NCBI GenBank assembly: GCA_036667875.1
Contig: JAVWTD010000002.1
Span: 9,026-73,025 of the forward strand
Length of the DNA: 64,000 nt
Direction: 5' to 3'
From: Bacilli bacterium
GTDB taxonomy: Bacteria > Bacillota_I > Bacilli_A > RF39 > UBA660
Shown: positions 55,865 to 64,000 of the stretch, piece after piece
How the letters are laid out: each line of letters starts with the position of its first letter
Position numbering within the stretch: position 1 is the first letter of the stretch
Notes under the pieces: generated by a model
Told to the model about the DNA's origin: nothing
Databases searched by the model: none
The model's input: the letters and a program-made list of their open reading frames with translations, nothing else
Program-made: the position numbers and the translations under genes

Positions 55865-57139
55865 ATGTTCGTTGATGAGGTAACACTTGAACTAGTAGCT
55901 GGTGATGGTGGAAATGGATGTATGGCCTTTAGACGTGAGAAGTACGTTGAAATGGGTGGACCATTCGGTGGTAATGGTGGTAAAGGATCAAACATTAAAT
56001 TTGTAGTTAATGAAGGATTAAACACATTACTTGATTTACGTTACAAGAAAATAATAAAAGGTAATAAAGGAGTTAACGGAGAAGGCAAAGGATGTCATGG
56101 TGCGAATGCAAATGACGTCACTGTTGCCGTTCCATTAGGTACTGTTATTACTGATGTAGAAACAGGTTTAATTATTGCAGATTTAGTCACAAAAGATGAT
56201 GAAGTAATAGTTGCTTATGGTGGACGTGGAGGAAGAGGAAATATGGCCTTCGCTACAAAAGCAAACCCTGCTCCTTCATTTGCAGAAAATGGAGAACCAG
56301 GTGAGGTTAGAAAAGTAAAAGTAGAATTAAAACTTTTAGCAGATGTAGGATTAGTTGGAATGCCTTCAGTTGGAAAGTCAACTCTTATATCTAAAATAAG
56401 TGCTTCAAAAGCAAAAATAGCAGCATATCATTTTACAACTCTAAGTCCAAATTTAGGAGTTGTTAAAACTAAAGATAATAGAACATTTGTAGTAGCAGAT
56501 ATGCCAGGACTTATTGAAGGAGCATCCCTTGGTGGAGGCTTAGGTATTAAATTCTTAAGACACATTGAAAGAACAAGAATATTAGCACACGTTATTGATA
56601 TGTCAGCTTGGGAAGGAAGAGATCCTTACGAAGACTACAAAACAATTAATAATGAATTAGAAAGTTTTAGCAAAAAAATGATGCAAAAACCTCAAATTAT
56701 AATTGCTAATAAAATGGATGTTGAAGGTTCAGAAGAAAACCTTAAAAAATTCAAAGAAAAAGTTAAAGATATTGAAATATATCCAGTTAGTGCAATGTCA
56801 AACGAAGGACTAGATATAGTCTTAATGAAATTAGCAGATATGCTTGACACTATCGAAAAACTTCCATTATACGAAGAAGATGAAGTTGAAAGTCATGTAC
56901 TTTATAAATTTGAAAGAGAACAACCTTTTACAATAACACACGAAGGCAACGAATGGGTTATAAGAGGAAATGAACCTGAAAAACTATTAAAGATGACTAG
57001 ATTTACAACAGATGAAGCAGCAATTAGATTTGCAAATAAATTACGAAAAATGGGAATAGATGAAAAATTAAGAAAACTAGGTGCTAACGAAGGAGACAAC
57101 GTTAGAATTTTAGATTTTGAATTTGAATTTAAAGAATAA
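55865..57139 (+). CDS. obg: GTPase Obg/CgtA
   Basis: Obg fold N-terminus (FVDEVTLELVAGDGGNGCMAFRREKYV..GGPFGGNGGKG), G domain (GMPSVGKST, DMPGLIEGA, NKMD), C-terminal TGS-like domain. ATG 55865 with GAGAGGTG RBS. Confidence 0.9.
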   Translation: MFVDEVTLELVAGDGGNGCMAFRREKYVEMGGPFGGNGGKGSNIKFVVNEGLNTLLDLRYKKIIKGNKGVNGEGKGCHGANANDVTVAVPLGTVITDVETGLIIADLVTKDDEVIVAYGGRGGRGNMAFATKANPAPSFAENGEPGEVRKVKVELKLLADVGLVGMPSVGKSTLISKISASKAKIAAYHFTTLSPNLGVVKTKDNRTFVVADMPGLIEGASLGGGLGIKFLRHIERTRILAHVIDMSAWEGRDPYEDYKTINNELESFSKKMMQKPQIIIANKMDVEGSEENLKKFKEKVKDIEIYPVSAMSNEGLDIVLMKLADMLDTIEKLPLYEEDEVESHVLYKFEREQPFTITHEGNEWVIRGNEPEKLLKMTRFTTDEAAIRFANKLRKMGIDEKLRKLGANEGDNVRILDFEFEFKE

Positions 57140-57143
57140 AAAT

Positions 57144-57175
57144 ATAGAGATTCTTAGGAATCCTATTTTTTTTTA
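57144..57175 (+). terminator. Intrinsic terminator after obg
   Basis: ATAGaGATTC-ttag-GAATCCTAT + T9. Confidence 0.7.
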
Positions 57176-57266
57176 ATATTTATAGACTTGAAACTTATTA
57201 TTTGATATAATTAAATTAAGTTAATGATGATTTTTTTGACAAAATATTAATAAAGGGAGACTAAAA

Positions 57267-57458
57267 ATGAAAGATATAACAAAAAACATACCAGAATATT
57301 TTATGATGTTTCTTTTAACAAGTGTAGCTGTTTTTGGAATCATTAAAGTGGGTGGAGGTTCTTTAGAAGATGCACTAACTAAATCATCTTGTAAGATAGT
57401 CAACCGAATATACATGAATGGACAAAACACCGGAGATGGATATTGTATAGATAAATAG
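57267..57458 (+). CDS. Small secreted/membrane-anchored peptide precursor (63 aa) with two Cys in the C-terminal 30 residues
   Basis: AAAGGGAG RBS. Hydrophobic signal/anchor (FMMFLLTSVAVFGIIKV) then SLEDALTKSSCKIVNRIYMNGQNTGDGYCIDK. Own terminator 57455-57478. Confidence 0.4.
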   Translation: MKDITKNIPEYFMMFLLTSVAVFGIIKVGGGSLEDALTKSSCKIVNRIYMNGQNTGDGYCIDK

Positions 57459-57604
57459 TTTTTTAACTATTTTTTCATGATATATTGTTGTTTATAATTA
57501 TAATATTTGATATAATTTTATTAGAGTATTAAAGTAATTAATAAAATTGTTTTAGTATTATATTTATAAAAGTTTAAAAGGGATATTTAGAAAGAAGGAT
57601 AAAT

Positions 57605-58912
57605 ATGAAATACTATTTAATTGGGATAAAAGGTGCTGGAATGAGTGCTCTTGCACTCATACTTAATGACTTAGGTTATACAGTAGTTGGTTATGACGAC
57701 ATGAAAGAACATGCCTTTACCGAAGACAAATTAATTGAAAGAGGAATTAAAATTTATACAGACGATAATAATGAAATTGATGAATCAACAATCATTGTTA
57801 GAAGTACCGCTATAAAAGAAGACCATAAAGAAATTGTAAAAGCAAATAAATTAGATTTAAAAATATATGAATATAATCAAATGCTTGGAAAACTTGCAAA
57901 TATGTTTGATTTAATTACAGTAGCAGGTTGCCATGGAAAAACCACTACAACTTCTTTAATGGCTCATGTACTAGGTAATATCTCTGGCTGTAACTATTTA
58001 ATTGGAGACGGTCATGGACACGCTAGCAAAGACGTTAAAAAGTTTGTAATTGAAGCATGTGAATATTGTCGTCATTTCCTTGTTTACGAACCAGATTATG
58101 CCATAATAACAAACATTGATTTAGACCATGTTGATTATTTTAAAGATATGCAAGATGTAATAGACGCATATCAAGAATACGCTAACAAAGCAGAAAAGAT
58201 GATAATTGCATGTGGTGATGACCCATATACTAGAATGTTAGATGTTAATAAACCACTATTCTTCTACGGGATAGGAGACGATAATGATATCGTTGCTAAG
58301 AATGTTGAATATACAAGTGAAGGAACAAATTTTGATGTTTTCGTTGAAGATAACTACTATGGACATTTCGAACTTCCAATATTTGGAAAACACATGGTTT
58401 TAAACACATTAGCAGTTATTGGAGTATGTTATTATGAAAGATATGATGCAAGAGAAGTTTGTAAGAATTTAAAAAGTTTTAAAGGCGCAAGCAGAAGATT
58501 CAATGAAGAAAAAATTAATGATACAATTATAATTGATGATTATGCCCATCATCCAGGTGAAGTAAAAGTAACCATAAAAGCCGCTCAACAAAAATATCCC
58601 AACAAAAAAATAATTGCAGTCTTTCAACCACATACTTTTTCTAGAACTGAAGAATTTACAGAAGATTTAGTAAAAGTTTTAAATAAAGCAGACGCAAGCT
58701 ATGTTTTAAATATTTTCCCAGCAAGAGAAAAACAAGAAGATTATCCTAATATAACATCAAAAAATATAATTGATAAATTAGATAATGGACATTTAATAAC
58801 TGATGATACATGGGAACAATTAAAACAATATAAAGATGCCGTAGTTATATTTATGAGTCCAAAAGAAATTCATAATATTATGGAAAACTATAAAGAATAC
58901 TTAAGAAATTAA
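57605..58912 (+). CDS. murC: UDP-N-acetylmuramate--L-alanine ligase
   Basis: IGIKGAGMSALALIL, GCHGKTTTTS P-loop, DDYAHHP. Confidence 0.9.
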   Translation: MKYYLIGIKGAGMSALALILNDLGYTVVGYDDMKEHAFTEDKLIERGIKIYTDDNNEIDESTIIVRSTAIKEDHKEIVKANKLDLKIYEYNQMLGKLANMFDLITVAGCHGKTTTTSLMAHVLGNISGCNYLIGDGHGHASKDVKKFVIEACEYCRHFLVYEPDYAIITNIDLDHVDYFKDMQDVIDAYQEYANKAEKMIIACGDDPYTRMLDVNKPLFFYGIGDDNDIVAKNVEYTSEGTNFDVFVEDNYYGHFELPIFGKHMVLNTLAVIGVCYYERYDAREVCKNLKSFKGASRRFNEEKINDTIIIDDYAHHPGEVKVTIKAAQQKYPNKKIIAVFQPHTFSRTEEFTEDLVKVLNKADASYVLNIFPAREKQEDYPNITSKNIIDKLDNGHLITDDTWEQLKQYKDAVVIFMSPKEIHNIMENYKEYLRN

Positions 58913-58955
58913 GTATTTTTATGTTATACTATATATATAGTAAAAGAGGTATAAA

Positions 58956-59975
58956 ATGAAAAAAAATGGATTTACTTTAATAGAACTTTTAGCAGTTTTA
59001 ACATTACTAGCGTTTGTTGCTTTAATAACAGTACCCGTTATGGAATCAATTCTAGAAAGTTCAAAAAAGAAAACAAAAGACGCAAGTATAAAAGAAATTA
59101 TATCTGCAACTAAAAAATATGTGACTAAATACCCAGAAAAAATCAATTTTGACACTGACAACGAGTTTTTATTACCTGTAAATATTCTAAAAAGTTCAGA
59201 ATTTTTGAATGATGAAAATTATATAGACCCTGAAACAAAAAAACCATTTTCAGGATCAATTTATATAAAATATAATCCTACCAAATATACTTATACATAT
59301 TATTATTTTTATAAAGCGATAGAAACAAATGATGTAACAAACTGTTTTATGTTTTCAAACGGGACTATAACAGGATATAACAATGACACACCAGCGTGTG
59401 TTAAACAAGATATAGAAATACCAACAACCATAAATGGAATAAAAGTAAGAAAAATAGAAAATCCAACAAGTAGTGCAAAACAATATTTAGTCAATGCTAG
59501 AAAGGTAGACTTTTCAAAAGCATTATATTTAGATGAAATATTAAATAATGCCTTTAATAAAACAACAGGAACAACTGTTAATATGGATTATCTTGATTTA
59601 AGTAATAATTCATTACTTCAATCAATTGGTGATTCTGCCTTTGGAAATACAGGATATCTTAATATTTACAAACTGTCACTACCAGACAATATTGAAACCA
59701 TCGGATATAAAACTTTTAGAGATAACAATATTGCACAAGTAACATTACCTAATAAATTAGAAAGAATTGGAGAAGAAGCATTTGCTTATAACAAAATAGA
59801 AAGAATAGAAATACCAACAAATGTAAGAATACTTTCTAATAATTGCTTCTCAAATAATCTATTAAAATCAATAATTATTAATTCTAAAAAGGATACTACT
59901 GAGTTCTCTTTATATAGAACACCATTTTCAAACAATGAAAATTTTACAGATTCTAAAATAATTTGGAAACAATAG
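58956..59975 (+). CDS. Type IV prepilin-like protein fused to C-terminal BspA-type leucine-rich repeat domain
   Basis: Class III signal MKKNG/FTLIELLAVLTLLAFVALI (prepilin peptidase site G/FTLIE). C-terminal repeats IGDSAFGNTGYLNIYKLSLPDNIETIGYKTFRDNNIAQVTLPNKLERIGEEAFAYNKIERIEIP typical of LRR_5/BspA. Confidence 0.6.
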   Translation: MKKNGFTLIELLAVLTLLAFVALITVPVMESILESSKKKTKDASIKEIISATKKYVTKYPEKINFDTDNEFLLPVNILKSSEFLNDENYIDPETKKPFSGSIYIKYNPTKYTYTYYYFYKAIETNDVTNCFMFSNGTITGYNNDTPACVKQDIEIPTTINGIKVRKIENPTSSAKQYLVNARKVDFSKALYLDEILNNAFNKTTGTTVNMDYLDLSNNSLLQSIGDSAFGNTGYLNIYKLSLPDNIETIGYKTFRDNNIAQVTLPNKLERIGEEAFAYNKIERIEIPTNVRILSNNCFSNNLLKSIIINSKKDTTEFSLYRTPFSNNENFTDSKIIWKQ

Positions 59976-60028
59976 AAATAGTCTTTATACTATTTCTTTT
60001 TTGTGGTACAATTATAATAGGTGAGAGC

Positions 60029-60406
60029 ATGAAAAAAAACGGATTTACTCTTGTAGAATTAATTGCAGTAATTTCTTTGATTGCAATTATTGGGCTTATA
60101 GCTGTTCCTGTTGTTGAAGGAATAGTTAAGAGAAGTAAGATTAAAATATATAATACACAGTTAGAAGAAATATATTCTGCTGGGAAAAAATATTCAACTG
60201 AAAACTCAGAACTAATTACAAATGACCCAAATGTAACTACAAATGTTTGCCTAAAAGTTCTAAAAGAACAAGGTTACCTTGAAAATACAAAAATTGTAGA
60301 CCCAAGAGATGACTCTGTTATGAATGGCAAAATAGTTATAAAGTATATCGATACATCAAAAAGTTATTCTTATAATTATTCAACAGATACAACAGGTTGT
60401 TTATAG
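60029..60406 (+). CDS. Type IV prepilin / ComGC-like pseudopilin
   Basis: MKKNG/FTLVELIAVISLIAIIGLIAVPVV N-terminus. 126 aa. GGTGAG RBS. The track start 59963 is an upstream extension. Confidence 0.6.
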   Translation: MKKNGFTLVELIAVISLIAIIGLIAVPVVEGIVKRSKIKIYNTQLEEIYSAGKKYSTENSELITNDPNVTTNVCLKVLKEQGYLENTKIVDPRDDSVMNGKIVIKYIDTSKSYSYNYSTDTTGCL

Positions 60407-60420
60407 AAAGAAGGAATATT

Positions 60421-61320
60421 ATGAATATATTATGTATAGGACATGCAGCTTATGATATAACAATTAAAGTACCTTCATTTCCTACAGAAAACATAAAATA
60501 TCGAATAGATAATAGAGTTGAGTGTGGTGGAGGACCCGCTAGTAATGCAGCGTATTTACTTGCCAAATGGGGTATGAAAACATATTTTGCAGGTGTAGTA
60601 GGAAATGATCTTTATGGTAATAGAATAAAAGAAGAATTTGATACAGTTGGAGTTAATACAAAATACTTACAATTAAATGATGAACAAAAAACAACTTCTG
60701 CTTTTATTCTAGCTAATCAAGAAAATGGAAGTAGGACAGTTTTTGCTTGTTTACCTTCATCAGATAAAATGAAAGATATTGAATTAGACTTTGAACCAGA
60801 CATAATTCTTATAGATGGTCATGAACCTGAAGTAAGTAAAAAAATTATTGAAAAATATAGAAATGCTATTTCAATAATTGATGCAGGAAGACCAACTGAT
60901 GAAATAATTGAATTATGTAAATTAGTTGATTATGTTGCTTGCTCTAAAACATTTGCAGAAGAAATATCTGGATTAAAAATAAATTATACTTATACTAATA
61001 CAATAGTAGAAGCTTATAATATATTAAAAGAAAAGTTTAGTAATAATATTATTATTACTCTTGAAGAAAAAGGCTGTGTTTACTCTATGAATGGTGCTAT
61101 TAAAATAATGCCTTCAATTAAAGTTAAACCTATTGACACAACAGGAGCAGGAGACATTTTTCATGGAACACTTGCTTACTGTTTAGCTTCTCATTTTGAA
61201 CTTGAGAAATCCTTAAAATATTCAAATATTGCTGGGGCTTTATCAGTTTTAAAAATTGGTGGAAGATTTTCTATCCCTGAATTAAAAGAAGTAGAAGTTA
61301 AGTATGAAGAATTTAAGTGA
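60421..61320 (+). CDS. PfkB-family carbohydrate/nucleoside kinase (ribokinase-like)
   Basis: N-terminal GG motif (VECGGGPASNAA). C-terminal DTTGAGDIFHGTLAY anion hole. Start ATG 60421. Confidence 0.8.
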   Translation: MNILCIGHAAYDITIKVPSFPTENIKYRIDNRVECGGGPASNAAYLLAKWGMKTYFAGVVGNDLYGNRIKEEFDTVGVNTKYLQLNDEQKTTSAFILANQENGSRTVFACLPSSDKMKDIELDFEPDIILIDGHEPEVSKKIIEKYRNAISIIDAGRPTDEIIELCKLVDYVACSKTFAEEISGLKINYTYTNTIVEAYNILKEKFSNNIIITLEEKGCVYSMNGAIKIMPSIKVKPIDTTGAGDIFHGTLAYCLASHFELEKSLKYSNIAGALSVLKIGGRFSIPELKEVEVKYEEFK

Positions 61321-61588
61321 TTATAGAAGTGGTTTATTAAACCCAGACAATCTTCCTATTTTAGACTTACATGGAGAAATAGGGGATATTGCAAGGGTTA
61401 AGATTAATGACTTCATTAATGAAAACTATAAACTTAGAAATCGTTTCTTTGCCATTGTGCACGGTATAAGTGGAGGCGTTATAAGAAGCGTAACTGAGGA
61501 TACATTAAAAAAGAATAAATTGGTTAAAGAATATGGGTATGTCTATAGAAATCTTGGATGTACCGTAGTAGAACTCAATTTGACATAA
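61304..61588 (+). CDS. Smr-domain protein (stand-alone)
   Basis: ILDLHGEIGDIA...FFAIVHGISGGVIRSV matches Smr (LDLHG...IIHGKG). 17-nt overlap with the kinase gene. Confidence 0.6.
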   Translation: MKNLSDYRSGLLNPDNLPILDLHGEIGDIARVKINDFINENYKLRNRFFAIVHGISGGVIRSVTEDTLKKNKLVKEYGYVYRNLGCTVVELNLT

Positions 61589-61642
61589 AAAAAATATTAT
61601 GTTATTATAAATCAACCATGTGAATAAGAGGGGGTTATTTTA

Positions 61643-62062
61643 ATGAAAGAGGCTTATTTGTTTGAGTATGTAAACGAAAACGAATTTAAAAAACTAGAGA
61701 GATCGTTAAAGAAATATAATATGCTTGCATATAAAAAACTTTATTTTGATTTTTATCCAGCACTTAAAGAAGGAAATTTCTTAGGTCAAGTTATTTCAAC
61801 TAACCAAGCACAAGGTACAACAACTTATGAATTGAAACTTCCAACTGATGCTATGTTTTCTAAAGTACATGGGGATATTAAATTACATTATGTAGTTTAT
61901 GAAACGGAAAAAATAGTAATGCTAGATAAACTTACACCAGAAGATATCCTTACAGAAGGACATCAATCTGAGTTAGTTACTTATAAAGGTGTAATGGTTT
62001 CAAAACAACATTCTGATAAAGATATGTTTAAGATTAATTTATTAAATATGATACAAAAATAA
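61643..62062 (+). CDS. Hypothetical protein
   Basis: GGGGG RBS. Weak RelE/ParE-like segment (LHYVVYETEKIVMLDKL) but not diagnostic. Confidence 0.3.
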   Translation: MKEAYLFEYVNENEFKKLERSLKKYNMLAYKKLYFDFYPALKEGNFLGQVISTNQAQGTTTYELKLPTDAMFSKVHGDIKLHYVVYETEKIVMLDKLTPEDILTEGHQSELVTYKGVMVSKQHSDKDMFKINLLNMIQK

Positions 62063-62089
62063 AAGAGAAATTTAATTTTCTCTTTTTTC
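62063..62089. terminator. Bidirectional terminator between the hypothetical gene and the convergent ASST gene
   Basis: AAGAGAAA-tttaat-TTTCTCTT + T6, A-run on the other side. Confidence 0.7.
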
Positions 62090-62091
62090 TT

Positions 62092-64000
62092 TTAAAATTC
62101 TATATATTTATCAAAATCATAAACAGTTCCATTTATATCCATGTAAATATAATATTTACCGCTTAATCCTTCATCATTTATATATTTAGTAACATTGATT
62201 CCATTTTTTTCTTCTTCTTTATTAAAGACATCAACACACATTGCAGTGTATGGTTTTTTTGAAATTACTAAATTATAAGTCTTATTTCTAAAGACATTAT
62301 CTAAAATAATTGTAACTTCATCTGATTTTTTAAATTTTCCACTAACTACAAGTCTATCTGATTCTTTTTTAAATTTTAGATTATATTTATCAACTACTTT
62401 TTTACCATTTTTATTGAATAGTAAAAGGTTTTTATTTTTGTCTGTTTTTGTGACTCCTAAGTTTCCTAATTTGATACCTTCTTTTGGTTGATATGTACTG
62501 TTTGAATAAAGAGCCATCTTTTCTACTCTATAAGTATTAGTAGGTAGATTAAGTTTAAATATTTGATTTCCATCTTTTACTTCAACTGTAGTACTTAGTT
62601 TTTTGTCATTTTTTGTTAATCCTGCAGGTTGATTATTTATCATATTATCTTTATAAGATATACCACCTGAATGAATTAAATAATGATTTTCTCCAATATA
62701 ATCTACATCAGATATATAAGGCGAATAGAAATCACTTCCTAATTCTTTACCAAACTGATAAACTTCTGTTATAGTCATATTAGAAGTATTTAATTTATAT
62801 ATTACCCCTCTACTATAATTGTCTTTAGCGGGTAGATTATTTTTCTTTATTTTGCTTTTATTATTACCATTATCAAATAAAAATAAATTTCCATTTGGAA
62901 GAATCATAGCAGCATGTTGAGCATATTGCCAGATAAAGTTCTCATTAGTAGGATTAAAGAAATATTTATGATACTTTTTATCCCAGTTAGTTTTGTCACC
63001 AACTATCCAATTTATTTCAAGTGATTCATAGTCAATATTAACAACAGCGTCCATGTGTCTTCCTGATACTGTTAATGAGTCTGTTTTTGAATCAAACCAT
63101 ACTGAATTATTATGAAACCAATCATAATCGTTTGTATAGTTTTCATTTTTTCCTTGTCCTTTTGGTAGTATTTTAGTTAAATCTATATTTTTTACAACTT
63201 TTCCTGTTTCTCTATCTATTTCTACGATATAATCTTCAACAGTTCCATTTTCAAAATTATTACTTGCTACTATTAAATTACCATCTTCAAGTTCAAAGTA
63301 GTCATGATGGTAACCTCCTGGAATTGAATATTCATAATATATTTTACCTAGTAAATCCATTTCAATTAAACCTGTCATATAGTATGGAGGATTAATAAGT
63401 CTATTAGTACTAAGCATTAAATTACCATTATTAAGTCTATTTATATCCCATATAAAGAAGTCATTTAGATACCATCTAACATCACCATTTATATCAAATG
63501 CACTTGTATAACCTAAACTAGAAGGTGTAACAAAGTAAAGTTCATTTCCATCTAATTTAGACTTATTAGCACTAACGGATGTTGCTTTTTTGAAATCTTT
63601 TGGAAGAGGATTTGTTTTAATTGTTAATTCTTTTAAATTACCATTTACAGAAAGCATAACTTTATTTTCTCTATCTGGATATAATCCATAAATAGGAAGA
63701 TAATGTACTTTCCCAGGTTTAAATGTAAAATTAAAAGTTGTTTCTTTTGTGTCTCCTATAACACTTATACTAGGAGTTGTTAAATCTTTTGTTTCAAAAA
63801 TAACTAAAGCCGTTAGGGGAGATATTCCATAAGGGTCTAATATTATTTTTGGATCATCAATAGTATAATTTGTATCTTTTAATTCGGTTTTATCTATTGT
63901 GTTTTGAGTTTTAATTATATCATTTACATAACTTACAGGTTGAGCTTTTTCAGATAAATAATAAATTGCTATTGAAAAAAGACAAGCTGTAAATATTAAA
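62092..64000 (-). CDS. Arylsulfotransferase (ASST) family beta-propeller protein (N-terminus lies beyond window end)
   Basis: Frame stays open to the window edge upstream of the track start 63657 (..YYLSEKAQPV...DPYGISPLTALVIFETKD..). ASST-like blocks: GGYHHDYFELEDGNLIVASNN and DYDWFHNNSVWFDSKTDSLTVSGRHMDAVVNIDYESLEINWIVGD. Confidence 0.6.
   Translation of the reverse strand, partial: LIFTACLFSIAIYYLSEKAQPVSYVNDIIKTQNTIDKTELKDTNYTIDDPKIILDPYGISPLTALVIFETKDLTTPSISVIGDTKETTFNFTFKPGKVHYLPIYGLYPDRENKVMLSVNGNLKELTIKTNPLPKDFKKATSVSANKSKLDGNELYFVTPSSLGYTSAFDINGDVRWYLNDFFIWDINRLNNGNLMLSTNRLINPPYYMTGLIEMDLLGKIYYEYSIPGGYHHDYFELEDGNLIVASNNFENGTVEDYIVEIDRETGKVVKNIDLTKILPKGQGKNENYTNDYDWFHNNSVWFDSKTDSLTVSGRHMDAVVNIDYESLEINWIVGDKTNWDKKYHKYFFNPTNENFIWQYAQHAAMILPNGNLFLFDNGNNKSKIKKNNLPAKDNYSRGVIYKLNTSNMTITEVYQFGKELGSDFYSPYISDVDYIGENHYLIHSGGISYKDNMINNQPAGLTKNDKKLSTTVEVKDGNQIFKLNLPTNTYRVEKMALYSNSTYQPKEGIKLGNLGVTKTDKNKNLLLFNKNGKKVVDKYNLKFKKESDRLVVSGKFKKSDEVTIILDNVFRNKTYNLVISKKPYTAMCVDVFNKEEEKNGINVTKYINDEGLSGKYYIYMDINGTVYDFDKYIEF

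Noticed and set aside
57267-57458. Double-glycine leader bacteriocin interpretation of the 63-aa peptide (KVGGG)
   Set aside because: The segment preceding GGG is a hydrophobic helix, which fits a Sec signal/anchor rather than an amphipathic GG leader. No C39 peptidase ABC exporter is adjacent.
59309-59494. Minus-strand ORF inside the LRR-pilin gene
   Set aside because: Shadow ORF within a plus-strand gene that has clear pilin and LRR signatures.
1-64000. CRISPR arrays, tRNA/rRNA genes, IS elements/transposases, prophage integrases
   Set aside because: No regularly spaced direct repeats, no tRNA-like GC-rich cloverleaf segments (e.g. GGTTCGAATCC-type T-arms), no transposase or phage-like genes were seen. 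The only recombinase is XerD-type.

Overview
This is a very AT-rich chromosomal segment (roughly 25-30% GC by eye) from a low-GC, spore-forming Firmicute. Gene order resembles Bacillus/Erysipelotrichia-type genomes, and almost everything is on the + strand. Most of the window is core housekeeping, in Bacillus-like synteny blocks: rsmH-ftsL-PBP; rpsU-yqeY; rpsB-tsf; ylbD-ylbE-rsmD; lspA-rluD; radC-mreC-mreD-spoIVFA-spoIVFB-rplU-prp-rpmA-(UPF0316)-obg; uvrC; mutL; ppdK; murC; pdp; rpoZ; recX; prsA; ssb; sufU-sufB; P-type ATPase. Sporulation markers are present: spoVS, two tandem YjcZ-like micropeptides, ylbD/ylbE, spoIVFA/FB and L27 with a Prp-cleavable extension. Several usual cluster partners (mraZ, the dcw genes after the PBP, mreB, minCD, mutS, sufCDS) are absent, which suggests a streamlined genome. 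No rRNA, tRNA, CRISPR array or transposase was seen. Parts that look accessory or unusual: (1) a GGGtGRT-family protein paired with an IscU-like scaffold; (2) an ASCH gene broken at an A7 homopolymer; (3) a leader upstream of the P-type ATPase with mutually exclusive hairpins; (4) two DUF5011 Ig-like surface proteins, one a 1181-aa SH3b+GH73 multidomain autolysin; (5) RpsB carrying a C-terminal extension with tandem 21-nt repeats and a Rho_N-like tail; (6) a five-gene, translationally coupled ABC-2-like membrane module of unknown substrate; (7) xerD flanked by two near-identical hairpin repeats, convergent with a Cys-rich collagen-like protein gene; (8) an orphan pair of type IV prepilin-like genes, one fused to a BspA-type LRR domain; (9) a small secreted two-Cys peptide gene; (10) an Smr-domain protein overlapping a PfkB kinase; (11) an ASST-family arylsulfotransferase running off the window end. 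All functional calls rest on motif and pattern recognition from the translated ORFs; no database searches were run.
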